Shown: positions 35,190-45,830 of the stretch, piece by piece | Layout: every line of letters starts with the position of its first letter | Position numbering within the stretch: the stretch's first letter is position 1 | Source of the DNA: a virus | IMG/VR virus record: IMGVR_UViG_3300009177_000720 | Direction: 5' to 3' (one strand) | Length of the DNA stretch: 64,000 nt | Program-made: the position numbers and the translations under genes | The notes under the pieces: generated by a model | Databases searched by the model: none | Seen by the model: only the letters and a program-made list of their open reading frames with translations | What the model was told of the DNA's origin: nothing

Positions 35190-35618
35190 TTATTTAAATC
35201 TTAAACCACGATCAATAACCATTGGAGTGCATCGCTCTGCCTCGGCTCGGGCTTTATGGCCTTCTTCTAAAGCAGCTTCAATTTCTTCTTTAGAAAGGCG
35301 CGGCAGTCTCTCAAATTCTTCATTGTTAAGCGAAACAAGCATCCATTTTTCGCCGTATCTATTCTTAAGATGGGCGTAGAAATCATCATCAGACATGGCA
35401 GCAAATTTGCTGGCCAACTCTCTTTTGGCTTGGGTTCTTTCAGAAATGGCATCTCCGACAATTTTCTGAAGGGCTCCGCCTAGTGTGCGCAGCTCATACT
35501 CTGAAAGAGCACGAATATCATTGTGAAAAAGAATTCGCTGAAGAGCATCCTTGAGTGGGTACGTTACATTTTCGCCATGCTCAGAGAGTAATCCATTTTC
35601 TTTATACAGCTTATTCAT
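35190..35618 (-). CDS. hypothetical protein
   Basis: 142-aa ORF. Confidence 0.7.
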   Translation of the reverse strand: MNKLYKENGLLSEHGENVTYPLKDALQRILFHNDIRALSEYELRTLGGALQKIVGDAISERTQAKRELASKFAAMSDDDFYAHLKNRYGEKWMLVSLNNEEFERLPRLSKEEIEAALEEGHKARAEAERCTPMVIDRGLRFK

Positions 35619-35854
35619 CAGTCATCCTTTGTCGTAACCATCGCCAGCAGCACTATAATAGTTGGAATAATGGTCGCCCAACTCATGAAGTTATCTTTAA
35701 AGGGCGACTCTTGATCTAAATGCCACTGAGTGGTAAGGAATACATATATCCCGAACCAGCCGAAAGCTCCTAAGGTTAACTTCCAGAGTGCTCCTTTTAC
35801 CAAGAGCACCCACAGAAGATATAGCACGATTAACATGCAAATTCCGAATACCAT
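35618..35854 (-). CDS. small membrane protein
   Basis: Three hydrophobic segments. Confidence 0.7.
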   Translation of the reverse strand: MVFGICMLIVLYLLWVLLVKGALWKLTLGAFGWFGIYVFLTTQWHLDQESPFKDNFMSWATIIPTIIVLLAMVTTKDD

Positions 35855-35857
35855 TTC

Positions 35858-36607
35858 TTAGTCACCTACCAAACTATTTGTTACTGGAGTCCTATCTATT
35901 AAATGAGTGCCTGAATTAAGAATACATTGAAGGAATTCGTATCTAATATATTTGTAACGATTAATAACCTGAAAATCATCTTCCTGCTTAATATATAAAC
36001 CTTCCATCATTCCAGTTTGATCTGTTTCTTTTAAGACCGTCTCTAATTTTGCCCCTCTTACCTGAGCATTGGCTTTAAGAGTTTCTTTCCAATCTTTTGA
36101 TTGGTAACTAGTTTTTCCAACTAAATTAGTGATTTGCCAAAGGGCAGATGGTTTGAAGGCGGCAATGACGGGAACTTGCTTGATAAACTTGTGACCATTC
36201 AAGAGGTTATTGCGGGCGCTGGTTGAAAGCCAGATTCCACGTTCTTGGTCGTAAATATCGGATTCCAAAAAGAAATGAGGAAGCTTATCATAAAAGATGG
36301 TATGCTTATTGAGCATCCACTCTCCGAATAGAGTATATCGTTCTCCTAATAAAAGAACCAAATCTTCCCAATTGGCTTCGGCCCACTCATGTAATGGCTT
36401 AAACTCTCGACCAACCGCAGGAGATCCTCGATGATTGATTTGGAGATTGAGGTGGGTGTCCATACTAATGGATACGCCGCTCCCATCCACCTTTTCCTCG
36501 ATTACGAGAAATTTCCCGTTTAATTTATCGAATTCTATTGCTTCCGGGTCCGTCTTCCCGGCTGGAAGGCGAGAGCCTTCAATGTGTAAAGTTCTTGGTA
36601 GCTTCAT
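35858..36607 (-). CDS. RNA ligase family protein (second Rnl2-like)
   Basis: KLPRTLHIEGSRL, EEKVDGSG, FGEW, MEGLYIK. Confidence 0.88.
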   Translation of the reverse strand: MKLPRTLHIEGSRLPAGKTDPEAIEFDKLNGKFLVIEEKVDGSGVSISMDTHLNLQINHRGSPAVGREFKPLHEWAEANWEDLVLLLGERYTLFGEWMLNKHTIFYDKLPHFFLESDIYDQERGIWLSTSARNNLLNGHKFIKQVPVIAAFKPSALWQITNLVGKTSYQSKDWKETLKANAQVRGAKLETVLKETDQTGMMEGLYIKQEDDFQVINRYKYIRYEFLQCILNSGTHLIDRTPVTNSLVGD

Positions 36608-36653
36608 GATACAACTCCAGTATAAACATCCGAAATTGGATGTCAATATAATA

Positions 36654-36681
36654 AAAAGCCGCCCGATTAGTTCGGCGGCTT
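36654..36681 (-). terminator. intrinsic terminator
   Basis: AAGCCGCC/GGCGGCTT inverted repeat with U-tract. Confidence 0.8.
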
Positions 36682-36702
36682 CAAGGTAGAAATAAGGTCA
36701 CT

Positions 36703-36966
36703 TTATGCCCTGGGTCTTGGTAAAGTATAAGCTTCTGTTAGCTCTTCTTTAGCTAGCCCATTGATATTACTAACCCTATATTCCATTACCTGAATATAAC
36801 TCAAGTCTGGAGATAACGTAAAAGAAGCCACGTCAATACACTCATCTGGCTCTAAAGCTACAAGCTTATTACGGCCGGTAACTTCAGGAATATCCGAATG
36901 AATTTCATACCCCGGCAGCGCCATTTGATGCTGCCGGTTTTTGGTAAGAAGAATATAAATTTTCAT
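36703..36966 (-). CDS. hypothetical protein
   Basis: 87-aa ORF. Confidence 0.65.
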   Translation of the reverse strand: MKIYILLTKNRQHQMALPGYEIHSDIPEVTGRNKLVALEPDECIDVASFTLSPDLSYIQVMEYRVSNINGLAKEELTEAYTLPRPRA

Positions 36967-37223
36967 TGTTCAGTAGCAGTAATAACAGGCACCACAGTGT
37001 AACCGTTAGCCTGAAGTAGCGCAACCGCTACTTCATTCGCCTCAACCGTAGCTATACCAATAGATTGTTGTCTATCAGTAATGACAAGCTGATCGGTAGG
37101 GTCCATACTATTAGCTAATACCTGAAGAGTGGCGAACAAATGATCTTCCCAGTATTGGTCAGCTTCATCTGTAGTTACTACGTGGTCAGGTGGATCAAAT
37201 TTATAAACTTGATAGGCAGGCAT
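36963..37223 (-). CDS. hypothetical protein
   Basis: Likely start MPAYQV overlapping the PNK stop. Confidence 0.65.
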   Translation of the reverse strand: MPAYQVYKFDPPDHVVTTDEADQYWEDHLFATLQVLANSMDPTDQLVITDRQQSIGIATVEANEVAVALLQANGYTVVPVITATEQ

Positions 37224-38194
37224 CAGAAATTCCCTGGGGCAACTTGAAAACAGGTAAGACCTTTGGAGCGCCAAAAGTCTACCACTTGATTCCTATCATC
37301 CAAAACTAGGAATACATTATAGTATGGTACAATATGAGTATGGTAAATTTCTTCCTTTACCACCGAGTCTTTACGCATATCGCCCGACTTACGCATATGT
37401 AATTGATAATGAAATCCCAAATGCTTCTTCAAGAAACGCTCGGTCTGTTCACGATAACAATCCTCTCGGCCTGAGCAGAAAACGATACTGTAGCCTTGCT
37501 TATGTAGCGACTCTACAACGGCTGCTACTTGTTCGTTTAGTGTATCTTCATCAGACTTAGAGGCATCGTATGGGCTACGAGTATGAGCGTCATGATGGCG
37601 CACATCCACAGACCCATCACTTCTCTTTGAGTTGAAAAGTGATAGAGTGCCGTCCAAATCACAGATGATAGCGAATGGTAATGTATTATTGACTTCGGGC
37701 TTGGTTGCAGCTACTGATTGTTCAGTTTGGCGTTGAATGATTTCAACACGAGCCTTGTAGTGCTTGTGTTGTGCTCCTCCAGCCTTTTTCCAGAACTTAC
37801 GAACCACATCCTCACCAACACAACCACTGCCCACCCTTGCCGCATCTCTAGCGATAGCCTCATCCAATTCGATGTAGAATGGCTTCTCCATGACCATACA
37901 GTCAAGGTTCATCTCTCGAACGAGCTTGCAGATATCATCAAAATTACGACGGTTCAAGTTGGTTTCATCAATGACGATGTCACGACCATAACGCAAAGCC
38001 TCACGAATCATGTAGGTTTTGGCAGAGGTCACCAGTTTCTCGTTACTATCAGAGAAATGGTAATTGCTCATCATATTGCGCAGATCGTCCCTGTTGATTC
38101 GGGTCACCTTCTCTGGGTTTTTCTTGACCTCTTCCTTTGCCCACGTGGACTTGCCACTAGCCGGAATACCAACAGTTAGAGTAATCTTTAACAT
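37223..38194 (-). CDS. pseT: polynucleotide 5'-kinase/3'-phosphatase (T4 PseT-like)
   Basis: GIPASGKST, INRDDLR, DLDGTL, SGR, DDRNQVV..WR. Confidence 0.93.
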   Translation of the reverse strand: MLKITLTVGIPASGKSTWAKEEVKKNPEKVTRINRDDLRNMMSNYHFSDSNEKLVTSAKTYMIREALRYGRDIVIDETNLNRRNFDDICKLVREMNLDCMVMEKPFYIELDEAIARDAARVGSGCVGEDVVRKFWKKAGGAQHKHYKARVEIIQRQTEQSVAATKPEVNNTLPFAIICDLDGTLSLFNSKRSDGSVDVRHHDAHTRSPYDASKSDEDTLNEQVAAVVESLHKQGYSIVFCSGREDCYREQTERFLKKHLGFHYQLHMRKSGDMRKDSVVKEEIYHTHIVPYYNVFLVLDDRNQVVDFWRSKGLTCFQVAPGNF

Positions 38195-38203
38195 AACTTC
38201 ACC

Positions 38204-39214
38204 TTAAATAAACAAACGGAAACATGTCATTGAGAGATAAGCTATAAGAGCGGTTGCTGGTAATGTCAAGACCCATGCCGTCAGAATGTTCCCGGCTACG
38301 CCCCAACGTACAGCAGACACCCTCTTACTCATACCTGCACCCATAATACTACTATTAATAGCATGAGTGGTAGAAATAGGGATAGCAAACTTACTTGCTA
38401 ACAAAATAGTAAAAGCTCCACTGATCTCGGCAGCAAATCCTTGTAATGGAGTAATTTTGATAATCTTGCAACCCATAGTTTTGATAATCTTCTTTCCTCC
38501 GGCTAATGTTCCTAGAGCCATCATTAAGGCACATAGAATTATAACCCAGTAAGGAACTTGTCCAGCTTTCGCGGGCAACATGTAGGCTGGCACAGCAGAT
38601 CCAAAGGCCAACAAGGCTAGCGTAATGATTCCCATAGATTTTTGAGAGTCATTGGACCCGTGAGACACCGCCATAATACAAGAAGATACTAGCTGCATCT
38701 TTCTAGATATACTAGAAACAAATTGTGGTTTTGCTTTCTTGAAAATCCACATAAAAACAATCATTACAAAGAATGCAAGAGCAAAACCAACCAATGGGGA
38801 GATAACCAAAGGAATTAGAAACTTTTGTGTTAAGGCGCCCCATTTAAAGGCATGAATACCAGCATTAGCCACAACTCCGCCCGCTAATCCACCGATGATG
38901 GCGTGAGAAGAGCTAGAGGGCAAACCTAAATACCATGTAATTAGGTTCCAGATGGAGGCTCCTAGTAATGCCGACAATATCACATATTGTGTGACATTGG
39001 TAGGATCGGCAAATCCAGTTGCAATAGTTTTAGCAACAGCAGTACTTGTAATCGCACCTATGAAATTAAAGATGGCCGCCAGAATAACCGCATTCCTTAG
39101 TGAAAGAACTCCAGTTGAAACAACTGTTGCAATTGCATTGGAGGCATCATGAAAACCATTAATGTAGTCAAAAATAAGTGCAAAAACAATTACACAAATA
39201 AGTAGACTAAGCAT
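38204..39214 (-). CDS. pit: PiT-family inorganic phosphate transporter
   Basis: NGFHDASNAIAT, PSSSSHA, HGSNDSQK, PISTTH. Confidence 0.95.
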   Translation of the reverse strand: MLSLLICVIVFALIFDYINGFHDASNAIATVVSTGVLSLRNAVILAAIFNFIGAITSTAVAKTIATGFADPTNVTQYVILSALLGASIWNLITWYLGLPSSSSHAIIGGLAGGVVANAGIHAFKWGALTQKFLIPLVISPLVGFALAFFVMIVFMWIFKKAKPQFVSSISRKMQLVSSCIMAVSHGSNDSQKSMGIITLALLAFGSAVPAYMLPAKAGQVPYWVIILCALMMALGTLAGGKKIIKTMGCKIIKITPLQGFAAEISGAFTILLASKFAIPISTTHAINSSIMGAGMSKRVSAVRWGVAGNILTAWVLTLPATALIAYLSMTCFRLFI

Positions 39215-39845
39215 GTTTCACTACCAAACTAATTAAGAACTGAGTAATATCCTCACAGCGATCGACTGCGTTCTCTAGCTTGTCGAGCACTTCCTTCTGA
39301 GAAACGAAAGCTTTGGCCGACGCTTCATTCTTGAATAGAGAAGAAATTTCTGATCGGTAGATACTATCGGCCTCTTTCTCTAAGACCTTGATAGCCCCCT
39401 TAACTACAAAGAACTGATTGAAGTCATGCTTGCGAAGCGCCGGAAGTGTATCACTTAACTGCTTGGTACAAGAGACTAGGATATTAAAGAGTTGGGTCAT
39501 AGCGGGGGTTGGGTGTTCAATACCGAACAACACACATGCCCTTGCTGCCTGATTGCAAAAGTCAATGACATCATCCAATTCAACTGAAAGCTTATGCAGG
39601 TCTTCACGGTCGATAGGAGTCACGAAGGTCTTGGCCAATTCTTCTTCCAAGGTAGTAACTAAGGTATCTCCCTGGTGTTCAAAGGACTGGACTGATGTTG
39701 CCACTTCCTGATTGTTTTGTGCAGGATCAGAGAAGGCCGCTAATGCTTTAGCCGTCTCGTACGTGAGACGACCTTGGTTTTCTAAGATGGCGAAAAACTT
39801 ATCTTCTTTGGGAAGAAGAAAATTAATAATGGATTGAAGTTTCAT
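39207..39845 (-). CDS. DUF47 phosphate-transport regulator
   Basis: EHQGD, TFVTPIDREDL, EKEAD, LENAVDRCED; adjacent to pit. Confidence 0.92.
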   Translation of the reverse strand: MKLQSIINFLLPKEDKFFAILENQGRLTYETAKALAAFSDPAQNNQEVATSVQSFEHQGDTLVTTLEEELAKTFVTPIDREDLHKLSVELDDVIDFCNQAARACVLFGIEHPTPAMTQLFNILVSCTKQLSDTLPALRKHDFNQFFVVKGAIKVLEKEADSIYRSEISSLFKNEASAKAFVSQKEVLDKLENAVDRCEDITQFLISLVVKHA

Positions 39846-39866
39846 TTCATATCTTTCTATAAGAGT

Positions 39867-40802
39867 TCATTTAAAAAAATCTGCTTGGTCGACATACTGA
39901 ATGCCTGCTCGGGCAGCCATAGTTTTGTCCGTTGTCATATCTCCAACGAAGATGCAATCTTTACGAGACAGCTTATACTTTAACATGAAATTCACAAAGA
40001 TGCCACACATTGGCTTCCTGCAATAGCAAGAAATTGGAGCGGACTGATGAGGGCAAAATTGATATTCAATATCCACTCCCAACAATTTATTAGTATGCTC
40101 GAAAAGCTCTACTGCCGTTTCATGGGCAAGTTCTCCCTTGTGAACACCACTTTGGTTCGAAATTCCTAGAAGGCGGTATCCCTTTGCCTTGTACGCCTCT
40201 AGCACTTTAGTACGACCAGCTTTGATCTCAATCTGTTCTTTGGAGACCGGGAACTTCTCATTGCCACCAATACACTCACGAAGGGTGCCATCATAATCTA
40301 CGAGCAAGGCTTTGTTGGTAAACTCAGGATTATCCTTACGGGTAAACTTGACCGTCTCAACCTTTGAGAAACCTTCCTCTACGGTTGGCTTTTCAAATTC
40401 CTTTTTGTATTTGAATAAAACCAAGGGCGGGAACACATTAGTATGCTTTGCCTTCTTGATAACTTCCGGAGAGGGAAATTCTCCTACCAACCCAATAGCT
40501 CGTTGAACTACATTGAATTGAGCGTCTTCAATGGAAGTTCCCATCAGTTGGCAGCTAATATCTGCGCTATGCTTCTTGGCAAGGTCAATAAAAGGACGGC
40601 GGGTTACCTTATTGACAAACAAGTTGTCTAAAACCACGTCTTTGCCTGATTGGAGCAAGGCTTCCATTTTGGGCAAGAGACCTGCGATAGTGCCGCCTTC
40701 TGTGTCGCGATTGAGCGCAATGGCACCCCTTTCAACCAAACTTTTGGTGAGGGTGCTCTTACCAGAGGCCGGATATCCAACTACCATTGTTACTTTTGAC
40801 AT
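39867..40802 (-). CDS. P-loop kinase fused to HAD-IIIA phosphatase (PNKP-like)
   Basis: GYPASGKST; DYDGT, SNQSG, CYCRKP, VGDMTTD. Confidence 0.88.
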   Translation of the reverse strand: MSKVTMVVGYPASGKSTLTKSLVERGAIALNRDTEGGTIAGLLPKMEALLQSGKDVVLDNLFVNKVTRRPFIDLAKKHSADISCQLMGTSIEDAQFNVVQRAIGLVGEFPSPEVIKKAKHTNVFPPLVLFKYKKEFEKPTVEEGFSKVETVKFTRKDNPEFTNKALLVDYDGTLRECIGGNEKFPVSKEQIEIKAGRTKVLEAYKAKGYRLLGISNQSGVHKGELAHETAVELFEHTNKLLGVDIEYQFCPHQSAPISCYCRKPMCGIFVNFMLKYKLSRKDCIFVGDMTTDKTMAARAGIQYVDQADFFK

Positions 40803-41089
40803 TGTTCTTTCTTCCACTTAGCGAGTTTCTTTTCGTACTTCTTCAATTCTTTTTCATAATTAGGATTATCAATGACCTCTTCCCATTCCAATTGAAGATA
40901 GGTGATACAGTCATCATACATCCATTCCTCTACTAGCTCCAACGTCACGTCTTTAGCGTTGGCTGGAGTGGTGTCTTTGACCCAGTCCAGAAAGGAACCC
41001 AAGGCAACTTTCTTGCTTACCCAATTGAAATCATAGGTAGCGCTGTTACGAACGGTAATTCTTTTCTGAGGTTTCTCTGGCTGGGTCAT
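40790..41089 (-). CDS. hypothetical protein
   Basis: 99-aa ORF. Confidence 0.7.
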   Translation of the reverse strand: MTQPEKPQKRITVRNSATYDFNWVSKKVALGSFLDWVKDTTPANAKDVTLELVEEWMYDDCITYLQLEWEEVIDNPNYEKELKKYEKKLAKWKKEQCQK

Positions 41090-41098
41090 GACTTATCC

Positions 41099-42316
41099 TT
41101 ATGGCTTAGCGTTGACACCAAGGTCACGAGCCGCTCTCACAGTCCACATCTCCATAAGTTGCGCGGCATTGGTTCCACCACCGCCTCCACCTAACACAAC
41201 GTCAGGCGTAGGACGCTGAGCGCCTGCTGCGGCAGCCCATGCCTTTTGAACTTCCACATAAGCGTCCAATCTCTTCTGAAGGGCGTTGTCTGCTTGAATT
41301 GCCAATCTCTTAGCATCAGATTCGGCTTTAGCCTCTGTCATAGTCTTTTGTGCTTCAAGCTTTGCCGTTTCTAGGTCCAAAGCTGCAACTTCCTTGTTCT
41401 TTGAAGCTTGAAGGGTAGCAACGTCTTTTTCCTGTTGAGCCTTAGTGATTTCGGTAGCCTTGATAACTTCCTGCGCCCACTTGGCTTTGGCGGCCTCAGC
41501 CTCACCTTGCTTGGCTACCGTAAGGGCATCCTGCTCGGCCTTCTTGGCGTTGACCATGGCCTGCTGGACGGCCATAATGGCTTGCTGTTGCTGCTTGATT
41601 TGTTCTTCAACCTGAGCATCGTATTCGATGTTGTTGATAGTGATATTGCTAGCGTCCATTCCATACTTCTGGATGGGAGACTCCTCTTCACGCTCAATAC
41701 CGTTAGCAGCCTTGTCACCTGGCTTGGGTTGGACAAAATCAATCACCTTCTTCTGCCCAGTTACTGGATCAACGCTCTCGACTGGCTTGTGCTCGGTTCG
41801 ATAGACACCATTCACTACCTGGTCAGTAATGTACGTGATTAGGTCATTACGTCTCTCTGCGTATGACTCGCGGCTGCTCATCAAAGGACCGGTCATATAA
41901 ACGGACTTGTTGACAACCTGTCTGATCAGCTCATGGTCAATAGCATTCATTGAGCCGTAGGTGGAATGTAGCAAAATCATTTTCTTTTCGTCCAAAGGAA
42001 GGCTGTATCGAAGAGATCCAGAAACCTTACCATGACCACCATCATTGAATCTCACTTTGATAGACTCGTCGGTTGGCTTACCCTCATTGTTCTGAACGGA
42101 GAACCAATACTGGGCGCTCTTCTTGTAGCGGGTCACCTTACCAAAGTTTTGCCAGTGAACTCCAGGCGTATTCCACACCTGAAGCTGTCCGTCCAAGAAA
42201 TTCTGCTTCACAACAATTTCATCAGCAGCTACGGTAGTAACCGCATTGGCAATGAAAAACACAACCAACAGCAAGAGGATAACTCCTCCTACAATCTTCG
42301 CAATAAACTTATTCAT
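41099..42316 (-). CDS. SPFH/band-7 membrane protein
   Basis: N-terminal TM, band-7 core, Ala/Glu/Lys coiled coil. Confidence 0.85.
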   Translation of the reverse strand: MNKFIAKIVGGVILLLLVVFFIANAVTTVAADEIVVKQNFLDGQLQVWNTPGVHWQNFGKVTRYKKSAQYWFSVQNNEGKPTDESIKVRFNDGGHGKVSGSLRYSLPLDEKKMILLHSTYGSMNAIDHELIRQVVNKSVYMTGPLMSSRESYAERRNDLITYITDQVVNGVYRTEHKPVESVDPVTGQKKVIDFVQPKPGDKAANGIEREEESPIQKYGMDASNITINNIEYDAQVEEQIKQQQQAIMAVQQAMVNAKKAEQDALTVAKQGEAEAAKAKWAQEVIKATEITKAQQEKDVATLQASKNKEVAALDLETAKLEAQKTMTEAKAESDAKRLAIQADNALQKRLDAYVEVQKAWAAAAGAQRPTPDVVLGGGGGGTNAAQLMEMWTVRAARDLGVNAKP

Positions 42317-42568
42317 TTACAATCTCCTATGATCTTTCTCTGAATCATTCAATACGTCATCGTACAAATTTTCGTACACTTTAGAAGCTTCTTTATTTAG
42401 ACGGGCAGCCTCTGCTTCTAGACGAGCCTGCTCCAGCCTTTCTCTAGCTTCATCCAATGGATTGCGCTTAGGAGGATTTAACGATCTATATAGTTTGATA
42501 CATGGTATTCCAATAAAGAATACACCAATGATCAGTGCAACTGCTATCAATAAAACTTCAAATGCCAT
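42317..42568 (-). CDS. small membrane protein
   Basis: TM plus coiled coil. Confidence 0.7.
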   Translation of the reverse strand: MAFEVLLIAVALIIGVFFIGIPCIKLYRSLNPPKRNPLDEARERLEQARLEAEAARLNKEASKVYENLYDDVLNDSEKDHRRL

Positions 42569-42570
42569 AA

Positions 42571-42798
42571 TTATTCCTCTTCGTCAGAAGGGGGCTCTTT
42601 GTATTTAACGGTAATACCTGAATCATCAATCATATCACGAAAATCAATTTCCCAATCTGTCGCCAATAGCTCTTCCAAAAGGAAGGGGACAGAATGAAGA
42701 AAGCTTTGATCAATCCAATCGAATTTTAGTCCACGCAAACCTGGTCGCGTTATTCTATATCCGCTCTTCAAGTAATGAGCGGCGGTATGTATATCCAT
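42571..42798 (-). CDS. hypothetical protein (DUF2829-like)
   Basis: LKSGYRITR...EELLATDWEI. Confidence 0.6.
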   Translation of the reverse strand: MDIHTAAHYLKSGYRITRPGLRGLKFDWIDQSFLHSVPFLLEELLATDWEIDFRDMIDDSGITVKYKEPPSDEEE

Positions 42799-42804
42799 GA
42801 TGTT

Positions 42805-43134
42805 TCAGACACCGACCTTTTCAAGTAACATATTGTCAAGGGAAGCCATGGTGGTTAGCCCAACTTTAGCATCAACCTTCTCTCCCTTATGAAACAAGAA
42901 GATGGCAGGGACGCCTTTGATTCCAAACTTGGCTGTAATGCCCGGAGCCTCATCGACATCAACGGTAACAACCTTAACCCTATTCTTATTATCAGTGGCA
43001 AACTTTTCCATAATAGGAAGCTGTCTCTGACAAGGGCCACACCAGACTGCACTAAAGTCAACTAGTACTGGTAAGCTAGATTGAAGGACTTCTGATTCAA
43101 AATTATTATCATCTACATAAACTACGTCACTCAT
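42805..43134 (-). CDS. trxA: thioredoxin
   Basis: VLVDFSAVWCGPC. Confidence 0.95.
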   Translation of the reverse strand: MSDVVYVDDNNFESEVLQSSLPVLVDFSAVWCGPCQRQLPIMEKFATDNKNRVKVVTVDVDEAPGITAKFGIKGVPAIFLFHKGEKVDAKVGLTTMASLDNMLLEKVGV

Positions 43135-43193
43135 GGCGCCTCACGATTGGTTATAACATAAATTTTTCAAAATAAGTGTCAAGGGCGGGCGCG

Positions 43194-44306
43194 TCACTTC
43201 TTCATCGTAACATTATCGCTAATCTTAGTGAAGAGATCAAAAAACTCTTTACATGCATATAGTTTATGCTTGGCAATCATATCAAAATCGAAAGAGTTAT
43301 ATAGGCCCATTACTTGAACTTCATGATCCACTTGGTAGTGGATAAAGAACTTACATAAGTTCTCTAGATATACAAATCTATTCTTAGATTTCGAAGACTC
43401 CGAAAACACTTTTTGTTTAGCGTAGTAACATGCTGAAACTACAAAGATAACTTTCTCAGTTGGGGCTAAAGTATGAAAGTCAAGCGTCATACTTCCGCCA
43501 TCAATCAAAGAATGAACAAATGATTCGAACTTGCGATAATGTTCATACCAAATCTTGAATCGAAGCCCGGCCTCGAATCCCACAAACCCGGAAATGATTT
43601 GTGTGACGGTCTCTATATCAACAATCTTGAGGTCACGAGCCTTTATCAGAGCGTCAGACGCCAACGTCCAACCTCTTGGGGACGGACTGGCGTAACAACT
43701 ATCTTCTACTTTTCCACACGAAAATTCTGGATCACTTCGCAAAAATCCAAGTACTAAGTCATGAACCGAATTGGCCTTGGCCCAATCAACCCACTTTTCA
43801 AAATTAAAAGAAAGAATATATTTGGCACCTCTATCTAGAAGAGCACTACTAATTAGGTTGGAGTAAGCTCCTTCGCTAATTAGATTGCCGGTCAAGATGC
43901 AGCCGGCAACATTCAAAGGTATTCCATTAATAGTTTTGAATTGTAGAATTTCAAGTAGCGGGGCCGTCACTTCAGGAGGCGCCTTATCTACTTCATCGAA
44001 AAGAATTATGCTATCAGCTTTTGATGACTCTAGTAACTTGGGTAGAAAGGCTGGAGACTTAAAAGTTATTACGTCACCAGGAGCGTTCATATTGGGATAG
44101 CCAGCCAAATCAGGGCGCTCGATAACACTCAGGTTAATATAATTGACATTCAGCCCACACTCGGCTGCTGCTTGCAAAGCGATATGCGTCTTACCAACAC
44201 CACGTCTACCAAAGAGAAAAAGGTTCTGTTGGGACCTAATAAAAAATTTACTTAGGTGTAGTGCTTGTTCTTGATCAATTTCCTGTAAGTTTAGCGAATT
44301 ACTCAT
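43194..44306 (-). CDS. MoxR-like AAA+ ATPase, paralog 1
   Basis: GRRGVGKT, ILFDEVDKA, TGN, LLDR, SPRGW. Confidence 0.9.
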   Translation of the reverse strand: MSNSLNLQEIDQEQALHLSKFFIRSQQNLFLFGRRGVGKTHIALQAAAECGLNVNYINLSVIERPDLAGYPNMNAPGDVITFKSPAFLPKLLESSKADSIILFDEVDKAPPEVTAPLLEILQFKTINGIPLNVAGCILTGNLISEGAYSNLISSALLDRGAKYILSFNFEKWVDWAKANSVHDLVLGFLRSDPEFSCGKVEDSCYASPSPRGWTLASDALIKARDLKIVDIETVTQIISGFVGFEAGLRFKIWYEHYRKFESFVHSLIDGGSMTLDFHTLAPTEKVIFVVSACYYAKQKVFSESSKSKNRFVYLENLCKFFIHYQVDHEVQVMGLYNSFDFDMIAKHKLYACKEFFDLFTKISDNVTMKK

Positions 44307-44342
44307 GCTTTCCTTCAATTACCACATGAGTATATAACATCT

Positions 44343-45344
44343 TTACAACATTGGTAAAAGTGCCTTATATTCCGGAAAGTGCTTAATAAATTCAACTAAA
44401 TTCTTTTCGTCCCTAGCCTGATCTCTCATTTGGACTAAGCGCTTCAGTATTTTTCGTTTATTGCTCTTTTCTACTTGAATTGCGTACGTCAAAAGAATAT
44501 GGCTCTCTGCTTTTTCTAAAAAGGCAGATTCAAACCCATCAACCTTCTCTGGATGATACTCCCAAAGATAATCATTCATCCTTTGAATGAGAACGGTACT
44601 TCTGATAAAGTTATTAATTAGGAAAGTTCCAAATAAATCTACACAATGAAATTTTCCATAATTTAATAGGTTATGAGTATGATCATTGTTAGGTAACATG
44701 ATCTCTGTCACAATCCCCATATAATGGGTGACATCTCCGTCATATTGCGTGATAATAATTGGAACTACTTCTTCTAACAGGGAAGGAAATTTCTCTCCAA
44801 TTTGTTGTAGATATCTTCGTAGGGTGACAAAGATTTTGCTGTGTAGAAGTTGCTCAACTAGAAAGCGATGGTCTTTGCCTATAATATCTAAAAACTTATT
44901 AATTACTTCAAGTTCATATTGATGAATACCCATCAATGAAATAAATAAGTTAATTGAATTAGTAATATCTTTTCCGCACTTAATTTCTTCTTCTAAGAAG
45001 ACAAGAAAATAACTCGGGTCTTTATCTTTGGCCAAAAAGGTTTCCAGAGCATCCGTCAGCTCTTCATCATTGATATTAAGAATGACTCTTAACAATTTTC
45101 TATATGAAGCGGCTTTAGTAGTATCACTTGGTTTAATGCGATGAAAAATCTCCTGAACCTTATCATAAAGGACAGTTAATACATATTGGCGTAGGTCAAT
45201 AAACTTTAAAAAGGTTCTCACGGTTTCCGTAAAGATAACTATATCATTTTCCGGAAAATCAGACCTCACTAATTCATTAATTATGAAATCTATTTTCTTA
45301 GTGAAATCAACCTCTAGCTGGGACCTTTCCCTATCATCTATCAT
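44343..45344 (-). CDS. hypothetical helical protein
   Basis: 333 aa; C-terminus FPEYKALLPML. Confidence 0.7.
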   Translation of the reverse strand: MIDDRERSQLEVDFTKKIDFIINELVRSDFPENDIVIFTETVRTFLKFIDLRQYVLTVLYDKVQEIFHRIKPSDTTKAASYRKLLRVILNINDEELTDALETFLAKDKDPSYFLVFLEEEIKCGKDITNSINLFISLMGIHQYELEVINKFLDIIGKDHRFLVEQLLHSKIFVTLRRYLQQIGEKFPSLLEEVVPIIITQYDGDVTHYMGIVTEIMLPNNDHTHNLLNYGKFHCVDLFGTFLINNFIRSTVLIQRMNDYLWEYHPEKVDGFESAFLEKAESHILLTYAIQVEKSNKRKILKRLVQMRDQARDEKNLVEFIKHFPEYKALLPML

Positions 45345-45592
45345 ATAAAAATGGGTAACCCCATCATGCGCTCAATTTGCTCAGTAGAATACCAGGAGCC
45401 TTTCAATAGCCATCGCACCGTGATGCCGTCTAGCTCTTCATACTTTTCAACACCCAGGTGTTCCGCATACTTGAAAAGCAAGTCAACCAGCTCAGGTTTT
45501 TCGCAGAAAAAGAAGCCTGCATACGAAGGCATGCAGTGGCCCCGCTCTTTGACGTAATGGGTCAGATAAGCTGACGATGTTACTTCGGACAT
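45341..45592 (-). CDS. hypothetical protein
   Basis: 83-aa ORF. Confidence 0.65.
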   Translation of the reverse strand: MSEVTSSAYLTHYVKERGHCMPSYAGFFFCEKPELVDLLFKYAEHLGVEKYEELDGITVRWLLKGSWYSTEQIERMMGLPIFI

Positions 45593-45593
45593 G

Positions 45594-45818
45594 TTAATTA
45601 TATAATGGTTTTTGTTCTTTGACTTCGTTCAAGTAATGAGGAATCCAGAAAGCAGATTCGAACACTTGGGCAACCGCCTCAGCTTGTTCATTGCCTTCTT
45701 CTTTTGCTTGCTTCAACACATCATTAATGTCCTGGTTAGCAGCTTCGATAGAAACTGCAATAGATACTAATTGCCACTTGCTCTTGGGGCGGCTTTTTAA
45801 ATAAATTCCATGGATCAT
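45594..45818 (-). CDS. hypothetical protein
   Basis: 74-aa ORF with AAGGA SD. Confidence 0.68.
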   Translation of the reverse strand: MIHGIYLKSRPKSKWQLVSIAVSIEAANQDINDVLKQAKEEGNEQAEAVAQVFESAFWIPHYLNEVKEQKPLYN

Positions 45819-45830
45819 AATGTGTCCTTA